From NCBI GenBank assembly GCA_021791415.1, contig JAJYWQ010000064.1, positions 4,476 to 68,475 of the forward strand: DNA of 64,000 nucleotides, written 5' to 3'. This DNA is from a bacterium (GTDB lineage Bacteria; Chloroflexota; Dormibacteria; Aeolococcales; Bog-877). A program made the position numbers and the translations under genes. Below the pieces are notes generated by a model, which was given only the letters and a program-made list of their open reading frames with translations, was not told the DNA's origin and made no database searches. Each line of letters starts with the position of its first letter. The first letter of the stretch is position 1. This document shows, piece after piece, positions 46,906 to 57,658 of this stretch.

Positions 46906-49422
46906 CTAGCCCGCCTCCCCCAGCGCCTGCGCCACCAGGGACTGCACCTCCCCACCAGAACTGCCGAGGGCGTCCCGGCAGGCCTCTCGGGAGCGGCCCG
47001 AGGCCACGACGCGGTATCGGGGGGCGTCGGGATCAGGCAGCACCAGCACCCAGCCTCCCTCGAATCCAACCTTGATGCCGTCAGTGAGGTCGACCGGCTG
47101 GCCTCGGTGCGCCTCCACCAAGAGGCGCATCACCTCACCCTTGACCTCCCAGGGGCAGAAGACCTCGTCTTCGAGATGGGCTCCGGACGGGAGGCGGCGA
47201 CGGAGCTGGGCCACGGTGGAGCCGTCCTCCACCACCAGCCGCAGGGCGTTCATCACGGTGAAGAGGGCGTCGTAGGCGGCCAGATGGGCCGGCCAGACGA
47301 AGCCCCCCAGGCCATCGACCCCCAGCACCGCGCCCTGCCGCTCGGCGGCCCGGACCACGGCCCCTACGTCGGCACGCGTGCGGTGGAGTCGCCCCCCCTG
47401 ACCCTCCACCACCTGCTGGAGCCGCCAGCTGGCCGAGACCGGGGCCACGACCACCCCGCCGGGCTCTGCGCGGAGGGCCAGCAGAGAGAGCATGCAGGCA
47501 GCCTCATCGTGGTCCAGCGCCTGTCCTTCGTCGTCCACCAGGAATAGCCGCTGCCCCGGGGGATCGATTCGCACTCCGAGGGCAGCGGTCACCGTGCGGG
47601 TGATGCTTGCCGCCTGGCGCAACTCCTCGTCCTGGTCCCGAGGGACCGGCGAGGCGTTGGCCTCCTCGTCGAAGCCGGAGCGCAGGGAGACGGTCTGCAC
47701 GCCGGCCTGGTGCAGCAGCCGGGGCAGGACCAGCGAGGCGGAGCCGAACGCGAAGTCGACCAGGACCCGGGGGTGAGCGGACCGAACTCGCTCCAGGTCC
47801 AGTCCGGCCACGATGTGACGCTCATAGGCGGCCTGCACCCCCTCCGGATACGAGATCTCCACGATCTCCCGGGGCACCACCCGGCGGAAGTCCTCGCGAA
47901 AGAAGGTGTTCTCCAGCCGGCGCTCCTGGCGACGGTCCAGAGCCATCCCCTTCTCGTCCATGACCTCGATGTCGGCGGACCGGCTGTCCAGGGGAGAGGC
48001 GACGACGTGGACCGCGCCGGCGGCGGCCGAGAACCTGGTGAAGTGGGCGGTTATCGGCACGGGAAGTTCGCTGAGGTCGACCACGGTGGCCCCGGCGGAC
48101 AGCATCCCCGAGATCATGGCCCGCTTGATCATCCGGGATCCGGGACTCCGATCCCGGCAGATGGCCAGCTCGGCACCCCGAGGTTGGGTGGCCGCCCAGG
48201 CCGCCCCCAGGCGCGCGCACCACTCCGGGGTCAGCTGGACGTTGATCAGCCCGGTTATCCCCACCGAGCTGAAGAGGGCCGAGCGCCAGGCACCGGCCCA
48301 GATCACCGACTCGTGGACCACCGACCCCGGCTCGATCTCCTTCCCCGGCCAGATCCGGACGCCCTGCTCCACGATGGAGCGGGCCCCGATGGTGCAATCG
48401 TCCCCGACCACGCTGCCGTCGTCGAGGAGGACCTCGGGCTTGATGGTCGCTCCGCTACAGACCACCGCCTGGCGGAGGCGCGAGCGCTCCCCCAAGTAGA
48501 CCTGGGGCCAGATGACGCTGTTGCTCACCTTGGCACCACCGTCCACCACGGAGAAGCGGTCGAGCACCACAGGGCCGTTGAGGTAGGCACCCTCCCCCAC
48601 GACTGCGTCACGGCCGATGAAGGCCGGCCCCTCGATCTGGGCGGAGGCTGCCACCTCCGCCCCTTCGCTGATCCACTGAGACTCCCCCACCTGGCGGCCG
48701 GCGATCTCGCACTCCACCCGCCCCTCCAGGGCGTCCCAGTTGGCCTGGAGATAGCTCTGGACGCTGCCGATGTCGCACCAGTAACCGCGCCCCACCATGG
48801 CCCAGAGGGAGTCGCCTTTTCGGAGCATCTCGGGGAAGACATCCTGGGACCAGTCGCAGGGGCGGTCGGCGGGGATGTAGTCGAGGACCTCGGGGTCGAT
48901 CACGTAGATGCCGGTGTTCACCTGGTCGCTGAAAACCTCACCCCACGAGGGCTTTTCCAGGAAGCGCTCGATCCGGCCGTCCGCGGAGGTGACCACCACC
49001 CCGTACTCCAGTGGGTTGGCGACCTTGGCCAGGACCAGGGTGGCGTGGGAGCCGCGCTCCTCATGGAAGGCCAGCGCCTGGGTCAGATCGATGTCCGTCA
49101 GAGCGTCACCGCTGATCACCAGGAAGGTGTCATCCAGCAGGCTGGAGGCATTCTTCACGCTCCCGGCCGTGCCCAGGGGCCTGTCCTCCACGGCGTATTC
49201 CAGGCGCATGCCCAGCTCGGCTCCGTCTCCGAAGTAATCGCGGATGCTGGCGCCCAGGTATTGCAGGGTGATGACCACCTCGGAGACCCCGTGGCGTCGG
49301 AGCAGGCGGAGGACGTGCTCGAGACACGGGCGGCCGACCACCGGGACAAGCGGCTTGGGCCGGCGGCTGGTCAGCGGACGCAGGCGGCTCCCCTCTCCGC
49401 CGGCCATGACCACCGCCTTCAA
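46906..49422 (-). CDS. bifunctional mannose-1-phosphate guanylyltransferase / phosphomannomutase (NTP-transferase + LbH + PGM/PMM domains)
   Basis: 838 aa. N-terminus [18 protein letters not shown] (sugar nucleotidyltransferase). C-terminal half has phosphohexomutase domains. Confidence 0.8.
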   Translation of the reverse strand: MKAVVMAGGEGSRLRPLTSRRPKPLVPVVGRPCLEHVLRLLRRHGVSEVVITLQYLGASIRDYFGDGAELGMRLEYAVEDRPLGTAGSVKNASSLLDDTFLVISGDALTDIDLTQALAFHEERGSHATLVLAKVANPLEYGVVVTSADGRIERFLEKPSWGEVFSDQVNTGIYVIDPEVLDYIPADRPCDWSQDVFPEMLRKGDSLWAMVGRGYWCDIGSVQSYLQANWDALEGRVECEIAGRQVGESQWISEGAEVAASAQIEGPAFIGRDAVVGEGAYLNGPVVLDRFSVVDGGAKVSNSVIWPQVYLGERSRLRQAVVCSGATIKPEVLLDDGSVVGDDCTIGARSIVEQGVRIWPGKEIEPGSVVHESVIWAGAWRSALFSSVGITGLINVQLTPEWCARLGAAWAATQPRGAELAICRDRSPGSRMIKRAMISGMLSAGATVVDLSELPVPITAHFTRFSAAAGAVHVVASPLDSRSADIEVMDEKGMALDRRQERRLENTFFREDFRRVVPREIVEISYPEGVQAAYERHIVAGLDLERVRSAHPRVLVDFAFGSASLVLPRLLHQAGVQTVSLRSGFDEEANASPVPRDQDEELRQAASITRTVTAALGVRIDPPGQRLFLVDDEGQALDHDEAACMLSLLALRAEPGGVVVAPVSASWRLQQVVEGQGGRLHRTRADVGAVVRAAERQGAVLGVDGLGGFVWPAHLAAYDALFTVMNALRLVVEDGSTVAQLRRRLPSGAHLEDEVFCPWEVKGEVMRLLVEAHRGQPVDLTDGIKVGFEGGWVLVLPDPDAPRYRVVASGRSREACRDALGSSGGEVQSLVAQALGEAG

Positions 49423-49471
49423 GGAAGTCCTCCGTCGACCGATCGGGCCGGGGCTTCTCCAGCCGTGGTGA

Positions 49472-50584
49472 TCATACGAAGCCGCGCCCGAGCTGGTGGC
49501 GCCGCCAGGCCCACATGAGCAGGATCACCAGCAGTGAGGCTGCCGCCGTGACCAGGGAGGTGAGGAGAAGCTGGATGGAGCCGGATCTGCCCACGTACTG
49601 GGGCGGGGTCGGCAGGGGCTGCAGGAGGTGCCGGTAGAGGCCCTGGGGGGTGACCGCCAAGACGTACCCGTGGGGGTCGCTGGAGAGCACCGGTCCGAGG
49701 GTGGAGACCTGCAGGGCGCTGGACGTCCCGGGCAGGTCGGCGCGGTACCAGGTATAGCCCCCGTCCGGGGTCAGCAGGGTGCCGAAACCGGAGGTGGCGA
49801 GGTAGGCGGCCGAGCCGCTCACGGCCACGAGACCGTTGATGCTGGGCACTCCCGAGACACCTCCTGTGGGCAGCACCTGGAAGGCGGCCTGCCACCCGTC
49901 TCGGTAGAGCCCCCAGACCACCCCGCTCCCAGCCACCGCCAGGACCACCCCGGCGGCGAGCTCCGCGACCTTCGCGCCCGAGCCCAGCTTGGGCGATCCG
50001 CGGCTGAGCTTCAGCCTCCCGCCGGGGCGCAGCAGGTACTCGCCCGAACGCTCGGCGATCACGAAGGGGTAGTCGGCCGCGGCCGGGGGAGCCAATGCCA
50101 GGGGGTCTCCCCGGCCGCCGGCAACCGGGCGCGGCAGGCCGGGTGGCCGCCACTGGTAGACCCCACTCGTGGTGATCGCCACGACCCAGGGCCTGGCCCC
50201 GGGCCCGACCGACATCCCGAGCGGCGTGCCCCGTAGGCGCCCCAGCCGCCGGGAGTGGCCGGCGTCGACCTCCAGCAGCTGGCCCGAGCTGGCCTGCACG
50301 ATTCCGGACCCACCTGGCAGTGCGGCAACGAAGGCTGCATGGGGCAGCCCCAGCCGGCGGTAGCGGCCGGTGAGCGGCCAGAGCCAGCCCGCCCCCCCGT
50401 CGACAATGGCGAGAGTGGGAGAGCTCGAGCTGGCCGCCACCTGGGTCAGCCCGTGAGGTGCTCCCGGCACCGCCACCCACCACGTTGCGGCCAGTGCTGG
50501 AGCCGCCAACTGGAGGGTCGCGCCGGCGGCCATCAAGGCCGCCAGCAGGGTCCGGGGGGCCCTAGCCGCCACCGTACAGCCCAC
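49472..50584 (-). CDS. hypothetical secreted protein with C-terminal membrane anchor (beta-propeller-like repeats)
   Basis: 370 aa. N-terminal signal peptide, C-terminal TM ([22 protein letters not shown]). Confidence 0.45.
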   Translation of the reverse strand: MGCTVAARAPRTLLAALMAAGATLQLAAPALAATWWVAVPGAPHGLTQVAASSSSPTLAIVDGGAGWLWPLTGRYRRLGLPHAAFVAALPGGSGIVQASSGQLLEVDAGHSRRLGRLRGTPLGMSVGPGARPWVVAITTSGVYQWRPPGLPRPVAGGRGDPLALAPPAAADYPFVIAERSGEYLLRPGGRLKLSRGSPKLGSGAKVAELAAGVVLAVAGSGVVWGLYRDGWQAAFQVLPTGGVSGVPSINGLVAVSGSAAYLATSGFGTLLTPDGGYTWYRADLPGTSSALQVSTLGPVLSSDPHGYVLAVTPQGLYRHLLQPLPTPPQYVGRSGSIQLLLTSLVTAAASLLVILLMWAWRRHQLGRGFV

Positions 50585-51452
50585 TGACCACGGCTGCCAG
50601 GATGAAGAAGTCGGCCACGATGTGAATCACCGCTGCCGGCAGAAGGCTCTTGGAGCGGATCGTCATCCACCCCCAGAGCCAGCCCAGCCCCACCACGATG
50701 GGGATGAAGCTCGCGGCCGGACCCTCGTACTGGATGGCAAGGTGGCCAACCCCGAAGACCAGCCCCTGAACCAGCACCGCCACGGCGGGGCTGAAGCGCT
50801 GCTCGAGGGCCACCAGGAAAACCGCCCGGAACTGCACCTCCTGAGCCACCGCACTTGCGGCATTGGCCACCCCGAGCGCAGCTCCGGCACTGCCGGAGAG
50901 GGCCAGCAGGGGCACCCCCTCGCGGCCCAGGAGAGTGGCCGGCAGCGCGAACGCCACCACCAGAAATGCCAAGGTGCCACCCAGGGTTAGAACCAGGGCG
51001 GCCCTCCCCGGTCGGGCGAGAAGGCGCAGCCGGGGCCGCCCCGCCAGCACCCAGAAGACGGATGCCATCGCCAGGGCCAGAACCAGCTGGACGACCGCCG
51101 CGGCGACATTTCGGGCCACCGAATCGGGGGGGCCGATCAGACCCGGAGCCGGACCGGAGTAGGCCAGCAACCAGAGCCAGGTCGAGACTGGCAGCGCCAG
51201 GGTGAGCAGGGAGAAGGTGAGCGCGGTGAGGCGCCGGAGGGTGGGGACGGTGAGAGAGGCGGCCCAGACGGCGGCGAAGTAGGCGCTGAGGCGCCAGGCG
51301 AAGGGGTCCACGCCCTGCGGGTCCCCGAAGAGGCGTGGCAACAGAAGCACCGCCGCGGCTCCGGCCAGGATTACCGCGAGCTCGACGACGCCACGCCCCG
51401 CTTCGGTCGACCCGGCCCGCCCCAACCCGCCGGCGCGGGCCTCGCTGGCCAC
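50562..51452 (-). CDS. CPBP-family intramembrane metalloprotease (CAAX protease/Abi)
   Basis: 296 aa. Motifs QEVQFR (EExxxR), FGVGH (FxxxH) and HIVAD (HxxxD) in predicted TM helices. Confidence 0.7.
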   Translation of the reverse strand: MASEARAGGLGRAGSTEAGRGVVELAVILAGAAAVLLLPRLFGDPQGVDPFAWRLSAYFAAVWAASLTVPTLRRLTALTFSLLTLALPVSTWLWLLAYSGPAPGLIGPPDSVARNVAAAVVQLVLALAMASVFWVLAGRPRLRLLARPGRAALVLTLGGTLAFLVVAFALPATLLGREGVPLLALSGSAGAALGVANAASAVAQEVQFRAVFLVALEQRFSPAVAVLVQGLVFGVGHLAIQYEGPAASFIPIVVGLGWLWGWMTIRSKSLLPAAVIHIVADFFILAAVVSGLYGGG

Positions 51453-51475
51453 GCCTCAGCGGGACCGGTCTGGGC

Positions 51476-52069
51476 TCAGGATCCGGAGGAGTCCGGCGCC
51501 CCGCCGTCCCCGGGGCGGGTTCCGTCGTCCGTCATGCTGCCGGGAGCGTACCCGCTGAGAGGAGTGTCGAGCTCTTCCCCCCGCAGACGGTCGACCAGGT
51601 CATACACCTTGTCCTGGACCGTCCCCGAGAACAGGAAGGCCACCCCCGCCGAGGCCAGAAGCCCGGCCGCGATCCAACGCTTGGACACCCCGCGGCGGGG
51701 CGGCTTGGGTGGCTTCACCCCGGTCTTGGCCAGGGTTTTCTCCACCCGCCGCCGGCTCTCCGGAGGGAGCGACCGGCTGGCCTCGTAGGCCGCCTGCACG
51801 ACCCTCTCGGCGAGCTCGGAGCTCCTCTCCCGGGCCGCTCCCACGGCTTCCTGGGCCCGCCGCTCGGCCGCCTCGGTGACCGGGTGGACCGTGGTGGCTA
51901 TCCTGTCCGCGATCTCGGGCACCTGGTGGCTTGCCGCGGCCAGGGCGGGTGCGACGGCGTCTCCGGCAGAGCGCACCCGGGCCCCGACAAGCTCGGCGAT
52001 GGCCCCCGCGGCGTCCTGGGCCGTGGCTCCCAGCCTTTGCGCCTTGCGCCTCCTGCCCCATATCCTCAT
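51476..52069 (-). CDS. hypothetical protein (charged, coiled-coil-like, C-terminal TM)
   Basis: Track ORF 51476..52198. Likely start MRIWGRRRKAQRLG. Confidence 0.35.
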   Translation of the reverse strand: MRIWGRRRKAQRLGATAQDAAGAIAELVGARVRSAGDAVAPALAAASHQVPEIADRIATTVHPVTEAAERRAQEAVGAARERSSELAERVVQAAYEASRSLPPESRRRVEKTLAKTGVKPPKPPRRGVSKRWIAAGLLASAGVAFLFSGTVQDKVYDLVDRLRGEELDTPLSGYAPGSMTDDGTRPGDGGAPDSSGS

Positions 52070-52157
52070 GGCGGAACCTCCAGCTCCCGTGTCCTCTTTC
52101 TCGAGTGTACTTCCCCGCCAACTGCGGCGAGCACCGGCACTTCGGGCCCGGACTCGC

Positions 52158-52958
52158 CTACTCCGGCCACCCCTTGGGAAGGTGCTGCAGCGGGCCATGC
52201 CCCCCGCCGAGCTTCGGAGCCTGCTCCAGGGCCGCCTGGAGGTAGCGCTTGGCCTCGGCCGCGGCCTCGGGCACCGAGCGCCCTCGGGCCAGATGGGCCG
52301 TCAAGGCGGCGGAGAAGGTGCAGCCGGTGCCGTGGGTGTGCGGCCCGAGAACGCGCGTCCCTCGCAGCAGCACCACCTGCTCCCGGCCGATGAGAAGGTC
52401 GTTCGGCTCGTCGGGGGAATGTCCGCCCTTGACCAGCACCCAGCGCGGTCCCATCTCCAGCAGCCGGCGGCCGGCGGCCAGCGCTGTTCTCTCATCCACG
52501 ATCTCCATCTCGGCGAGGGTGGCCGCCTCGGGCCAGTTGGGGGTCAGCACCTCAGCAAGCGGGAGAAGGCGGTCGCGCAGGGTGTCCACCGCCTCCGCCC
52601 GGAGGAGGCGATCCCCGCCCTTGGCCACCATCACCGGGTCCACGACCAGGGGACCCCAGCCGCGTTGTGAGATCTGCTCCGCCACGACCTCGATCAGCTC
52701 AGCGGACAGCAGCATCCCCGTCTTCACGGCCACCGGGCGGAGGTCCCGATCCAGGGCTGCGAGCTGGGCCACGACGAAGTCCGCGGGGACGGCATGGACC
52801 GCTTCCACGCCCAATGTGTTCTGGGCGGTGAGCGCCACCAGGACGCTCACCCCGTACACCCCGGCCGCGGCGAAGCTCTTGAGGTCGGCCTGGATGCCCG
52901 CGCCCCCGCCGCTGTCGCTGCCCGCCACCGTGGCCGCAATCGGCATGGGCGGCGTCAT
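52158..52958 (-). CDS. thiD: hydroxymethylpyrimidine/phosphomethylpyrimidine kinase
   Basis: Track ORF 52158..53114. Start [27 protein letters not shown] (ThiD N-terminus), ATGA overlap with the upstream stop. GTGC motif. Confidence 0.85.
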   Translation of the reverse strand: MTPPMPIAATVAGSDSGGGAGIQADLKSFAAAGVYGVSVLVALTAQNTLGVEAVHAVPADFVVAQLAALDRDLRPVAVKTGMLLSAELIEVVAEQISQRGWGPLVVDPVMVAKGGDRLLRAEAVDTLRDRLLPLAEVLTPNWPEAATLAEMEIVDERTALAAGRRLLEMGPRWVLVKGGHSPDEPNDLLIGREQVVLLRGTRVLGPHTHGTGCTFSAALTAHLARGRSVPEAAAEAKRYLQAALEQAPKLGGGHGPLQHLPKGWPE

Positions 52959-54409
52959 GGGCGCCCCCGGGCGGGAGCCAGCGCCCGGGCCCGCGGGTCT
53001 CGCTCCCGCAACAGAAGGTAGACGGCAGCGGCCACCGCCATCCCCACCAGCCCGCTGATGTCGGCCGGCTGGCCCGCGAATAGGTGAGCCGCGAGGGGGG
53101 ACACGAAGCCCCACTCCCCCGGGGGAGGGGGCTCGTTGTAGAAGAGGATGGTGGCGAGAGTCCCGGCGAGGAACGGCGCCATGGCCCGCCAGCGAACCCC
53201 ACCGTGATACCAGTAGCCGCGTGGCCTCACGAGATCGGCGGGCACCACCTTCGCGCCACGGAATCTCTGGTCGAGGATCACCACCACCGCCCAGGCCGGG
53301 AACCAGACGTAGGTGAGGGTGAGGAAGTTGACGTAATTGCCCTGGAAGCCACTCCCGGCGAACAGGACCAGGGCGGCGATGGCCCCGCCCACCAGGCCCA
53401 TCGCCAGCGCCGCGGCCCAGCGGGCGATGCGCAATCCGATGGCGAGGGCACAGAGAGCGGCGGAGTAGACGTCAAGGTAGTTGGAGCTCAGCTCGGCGAC
53501 GAGGATGAAGGCGGCGAAGCAGTAGGCGAATGGCAGCGGCACCAGCCTGACGATCAGGTTCGGAAGGAGCACTCCCGGGGCGGCCGTCTGGATCGCCGCC
53601 CCCAACAGCCCGCAGAGCACCAGGGTGACGGCCGTGCCCCCACCAGCCGCCCAGGCCACGCGGGCGCCGCTGGAGCGCTGGGGCAGGTAGCGCGAGTAGT
53701 CCCCGGCGTAGGTCACCCAGGACACCACCAGGGCGAAGGTCAGGGTGAATCCCAGCGCCATGGCGGCGAGGTGGGGGCCGGTAGCCAGCCGACTCTGCAG
53801 GGTGAGGTTCCAGTGCTGCACGGTGAGCGCGGCCAGCGCCACACAGACCACCAGAAAGGCAGGCGCCTGGAGGTGCTGGAACAGCGAGAGGGTGCGATGG
53901 CCGTAGACGGCCACCAGCACCGAGACGCCCACCATGCCCAGCAGCAGAAGCCCCCCGACCACCTCCGGGGTGGAGCTGAAGATGGGCAGCGCCCGGACGG
54001 TGGTCACCGCCACGGCGCAGTCATAGGCAAACCAGCCCACCCCGATGGTCATGGTCAGGAAGCCGCCGACCACCGCTCCCCGGCGGCCGAACACCGCCCT
54101 GGAGTGGACGATCTGCGGAGCGCCGCTGCGCACCCCGGTCACCGAGAGCAGCCCCAGGAGGGCACCCCCGGCGGCCGCCCCGGCCAGCAGGGCGAGGCTC
54201 GCATCCCAGAAGCCCAACCCGGCCGCTGAGATCAGGAGCGCCCCCGCGTACAGGGAGAAGAAGTCCGCCAGGGCACCCGCCCAGATGAAGGTGAGCTCAC
54301 GGGGTCGACCTCGCCGGCGGTCGGCCGGCACCGGTTCCAGCCCCCGCAGTTCGACCTGGAAGACCTCGTCCTTGGGATCCACGGCCAGCTGCTCGATCTT
54401 CATGCTCAT
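52955..54409 (-). CDS. NCS1-family permease (cytosine/purine/HMP, CytX-like)
   Basis: Track ORF 52955..54442. Start ATG ~54409 ([10 protein letters not shown]...). 12-TM NCS1-like. Preceded by a TPP riboswitch and followed by thiD. Confidence 0.8.
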   Translation of the reverse strand: MSMKIEQLAVDPKDEVFQVELRGLEPVPADRRRGRPRELTFIWAGALADFFSLYAGALLISAAGLGFWDASLALLAGAAAGGALLGLLSVTGVRSGAPQIVHSRAVFGRRGAVVGGFLTMTIGVGWFAYDCAVAVTTVRALPIFSSTPEVVGGLLLLGMVGVSVLVAVYGHRTLSLFQHLQAPAFLVVCVALAALTVQHWNLTLQSRLATGPHLAAMALGFTLTFALVVSWVTYAGDYSRYLPQRSSGARVAWAAGGGTAVTLVLCGLLGAAIQTAAPGVLLPNLIVRLVPLPFAYCFAAFILVAELSSNYLDVYSAALCALAIGLRIARWAAALAMGLVGGAIAALVLFAGSGFQGNYVNFLTLTYVWFPAWAVVVILDQRFRGAKVVPADLVRPRGYWYHGGVRWRAMAPFLAGTLATILFYNEPPPPGEWGFVSPLAAHLFAGQPADISGLVGMAVAAAVYLLLRERDPRARALAPARGRP

Positions 54410-54447
54410 CGCCCCATCCTGTGTGGCACACCTACCGACCATCTCGG

Positions 54448-54548
54448 GGTGGACAGGGCGTGGCTTCCCGACGCTGGTACTAACCAGATCCGGTGTTCAG
54501 GGTTGGCGGGTTGCCTCTCAGCGCCCTGTCGGCGCACCCCTAGCTGGA
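54448..54548 (-). ncRNA. TPP (THI-box) riboswitch
   Basis: Minus-strand RNA contains GGGGUGCGCC...CAGGGCG-CUGAGA-GGCAACCC...CUGAACACCGGAUCUGGUUAGUACCAGCGUCGGGAAGCCA-CGCCCUG. This gives the THI-box, P1 stem CAGGGCG/CGCCCUG, and pyrimidine-sensing CUGAGA. Confidence 0.8.
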
Positions 54549-54948
54549 AGCCGAGCTTCCAGGGGCAGTATAGGCCTCTCCCCGCCCCGGGGCGGCGCCC
54601 GGCGCGACCCTCGGCTCATCCGCCCGATGGTGGACCTGAGCCCGGGGCAGGGGCCCCGACGGCGGGAGTGGGGCGCTCTCCTGGACGATCCGGGCCAGGC
54701 TGCTGGGTGCCGTCCAGCGCGCTGGGCGGCGCAGGCCAGGCACCCGAGGCGAGCCGCCGAAGGCCGCAAACGACCGGAGCGCCTGCCGGCAGCGCACTCG
54801 AGCCATATGCCCGATCCAAGTTTGGATTCCGGCACCTCCTGTCTCTGAGCTTCGACACCACGAGCACCCTCGCCGGAGTGAGCCGACACGGTAGGTTCAA
54901 ACTCGCGCAGGGGAGGCTGCCCGCCTCCGGGCACCCGGGAGTTGCGGC

Positions 54949-55554
54949 TCAGGGCTGGAGCTCACACACCTGCCATCGGGAGCCCATACGCCGGTACTCG
55001 ACTCGGTGGTGCAGCCGTCCGGGGCCCTCGCGCCAGAACTCCACCACCTCGAATCCGAGAAGGTAGCCGGTCCACCTCCTGGGGCGTGGGACCTCGGCGC
55101 CGTCCAGCTCCGAGGCCAGGCGGTCAACCCACGCCTCCAGCTCGGGGCGGCGGGGCGCGGGTCGACTCTGGTGCGACACCGCGGCAGCCAGCTGGCTGAC
55201 CCGGGGCCGAGAGTGGAAGTAGGAGTCCACCTTGGTCGCGGGGAGCCGGCGCACCCTCCCCTCCGCCCGGAGCTGGCGGCCGAGGGCCGGCCAGTGAAGA
55301 CAGATGGCGGCCCGGGGATTGAGTCTCAGCTCCGTCCCCTTCCGGCTGCCGCCGTCGGAATAGAAGATCGCTCCCCGGGGCGTGACCTCCTGCACCAGGA
55401 CCATCCGCACCGACGGCCGGCCGTTGCAGGTAGCGGTGGCCAGGGCGGCGGCCCACCCCGGCGCCGTGGACTTCGCCTCACGCATCCAGCCCAGGAGAAG
55501 AGGGATGGGGTCCGGGTCCGCGGGGCTGGGGAATGGCGCTTCCAGTGCCGTCAC
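54949..55554 (-). CDS. pdxH: pyridoxamine 5'-phosphate oxidase
   Basis: C-terminal ~200 aa of track ORF 54949..55743. GRPSVRMVLVQEV...NPRAAICLHWPALGRQLRAEGRV...EFWREGPGRLHHRVEY are PdxH signatures. Start approximate. Confidence 0.8.
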   Translation of the reverse strand: MTALEAPFPSPADPDPIPLLLGWMREAKSTAPGWAAALATATCNGRPSVRMVLVQEVTPRGAIFYSDGGSRKGTELRLNPRAAICLHWPALGRQLRAEGRVRRLPATKVDSYFHSRPRVSQLAAAVSHQSRPAPRRPELEAWVDRLASELDGAEVPRPRRWTGYLLGFEVVEFWREGPGRLHHRVEYRRMGSRWQVCELQP

Positions 55555-55654
55555 CCAACAGGCGCCCCGGCATCCCGAGACTTCGCCGCCACCACCTGCC
55601 GCCCCGCCGGGGGATCGAGGGAGCGGCAAGCTGCCGATGGTGCCACCGGGATAT

Positions 55655-56581
55655 TCACAGCTTCTCCACCGCCAGCTGGGGATGGTCTCCAAGCAACCTC
55701 TCCACGTCGGCGTCCGTCGGCAGTGAGCTGGTCGCCCCCGCACGGGTGGTGGCCAGCCCCCCGGCTGCCGAGGCTTTCAGGAGCGCGGATTCGATATCCC
55801 CACCGCGCGCCAAAGCGGCGGCGAGGGTGCCGCAGAAGGCATCGCCCGCTGCCACCGAATCCACTGCCTTAACCGGGAGCGGCGGCACCAGGAGGCGCCT
55901 GGCGACGTCCATGTACACAGCCCCCCGCGCCCCCAGCGTGACCACGACCGACCGGCACCCCCGGCCGATCAGAACTCCGGCGGCCCGAAGCGCGGAGGCG
56001 GGCGAGTCCACCGACATGCCGGCGAGCTGCCCAGCCTCGTGCTCGTTGGGAACGCAGACATCCACCTGCCTGAGAAGGGCATCCGGGAGGGGCCGGGCGG
56101 GAGCGGGGTTGAGTACGGTGCGGACACCGGCGCCCGAGGCCAGCTGGATCGCCTCCTGGACCGCCTCCAGGGGCACCTCCAGCTGGGTGAGGAGGACTCC
56201 GGCACCTCGGATCAGCGGCGCGGCGGCTCGGACCAGCTCCGGGGTGAGCGCCCAGTTGGCCCCGGGCACCACGACGATGGCGTTCTGCCCGGAGGCATCG
56301 ACGGTGATCTGGGCGACCCCCGTGACCGCGCCCGGCGCCGTGCATAGGTGCGAGACGTCGAGACCCTCACTGGCGGCGAACCCCCGCACCCGCTCTCCGA
56401 AGTCGTCCTGCCCGAGGCAGCCGACACAGGCGGTTGGCACCCCCGCCCGAGCAGCCGCCACCGCCTGGTTGTTCCCCTTGCCACCGGGGACCATCTGGAA
56501 ATCCGTGCCCAGGAGGGTCTCTCCCACCAGCGGCATGCGGGGCACCCTGGCCGTGAGGTCGAGGCTGAAACTGCCGACCAC
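55655..56581 (-). CDS. ribokinase / PfkB-family carbohydrate kinase
   Basis: 308 aa. GGKGNNQAVAAARAG and C-terminal DSVAAGDAFCG PfkB motifs. Confidence 0.8.
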   Translation of the reverse strand: MVGSFSLDLTARVPRMPLVGETLLGTDFQMVPGGKGNNQAVAAARAGVPTACVGCLGQDDFGERVRGFAASEGLDVSHLCTAPGAVTGVAQITVDASGQNAIVVVPGANWALTPELVRAAAPLIRGAGVLLTQLEVPLEAVQEAIQLASGAGVRTVLNPAPARPLPDALLRQVDVCVPNEHEAGQLAGMSVDSPASALRAAGVLIGRGCRSVVVTLGARGAVYMDVARRLLVPPLPVKAVDSVAAGDAFCGTLAAALARGGDIESALLKASAAGGLATTRAGATSSLPTDADVERLLGDHPQLAVEKL

Positions 56582-56664
56582 GACGACTTTGGGCCCCGCC
56601 GACGGCGGGGCCGAGGGACCTCCGGGCGGCGGGGAGCCTCCCGATGGAGGCAGCGGCAGGCTGG

Positions 56665-57603
56665 TCAGAGGAGGGCCCCTCGCACCATCTCCATGAAGCG
56701 CCCGCGGTCGGCCCGAAACACCACCTCGCAGTTGGGTGCCAGGCCGGTCGCCCGGGCGTGGTCCACCACCGTCTGCCCGCTGGTGAGATCCCCCCTGGTC
56801 TCCACTGCCACCGCCAGCCTCCGGCTCTCAGTGATGATGGTCGGCTCGAGAGCGACCGCCATGGCCAGGGGATCGGGGATGCAGATCCCCGCGGTGCGTC
56901 CCTCGCTGATGGCCCGCCGGCGCGACACCTGCTGGATCCCGACGCAGAACCGCGCGAGGGGGGTCCCCAGCTCCCAGAGCGACTCCAACTCCTCCTCGCT
57001 GAAGGTGGCATCCGCCTGACACGCGTCCCAGCCCACCATGGTGATGTCCAGGCCGCTGCGGAAGACGATCGCCGCCGCCTCCGGGTCCACCCAGATGTTG
57101 AACTCGGCGACCGGGGTGACGTTGCCGGGGCCCTGCCCGGTTCCGCCCATCATCACGCAGCGCCTGACGCTGGGGGCGAAATCGGGGTCCGCGAGACAGG
57201 CCAGGGCCACGTTGGTGAGCGGCGCCAGGGTGACCAGGACCAGCTCGCCCCGATGTTCCCGGGCCGCCCGCAAGAGCGCCTCCACGGCCGGCTCTCCGGA
57301 GGGGATCCGGTCCCGGAGCGGCAGTCCGATGTCGCCCAGCCCATCTCCCCCATGGATCTCCGCCGCCGTGGCCAGCTCCCGCAGCAGCGGGCGCGGCGCT
57401 CCCGGGTGGACGGAAACCGGGACGCCGGTGATCTCCGCCGTGTAGAGAGCGTTCTGGACGACGTTGGGAAGGGAGGTGTTGCCGGCCACTGCGGTGACCG
57501 CCACCACCTCCACCCGGGGGTCCCGCAGGGCCAGGACCAGAGCCACGGCGTCGTCCGTCCCCACGTCCGTGTCAACCACCATGGGGATCCGCGAGCTCAT
57601 CAT
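56665..57603 (-). CDS. nucleoside hydrolase (IU-NH family)
   Basis: 312 aa. N-terminal MVVDTDVGTDDAVAL (DxDxxxDD) motif. Confidence 0.85.
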   Translation of the reverse strand: MMSSRIPMVVDTDVGTDDAVALVLALRDPRVEVVAVTAVAGNTSLPNVVQNALYTAEITGVPVSVHPGAPRPLLRELATAAEIHGGDGLGDIGLPLRDRIPSGEPAVEALLRAAREHRGELVLVTLAPLTNVALACLADPDFAPSVRRCVMMGGTGQGPGNVTPVAEFNIWVDPEAAAIVFRSGLDITMVGWDACQADATFSEEELESLWELGTPLARFCVGIQQVSRRRAISEGRTAGICIPDPLAMAVALEPTIITESRRLAVAVETRGDLTSGQTVVDHARATGLAPNCEVVFRADRGRFMEMVRGALL

Positions 57604-57658
57604 GCCGCCACCCGGCGCTGCCGGGGCCCAAAGGAGGCCCCGGCAGCGCGCCCGCGGC

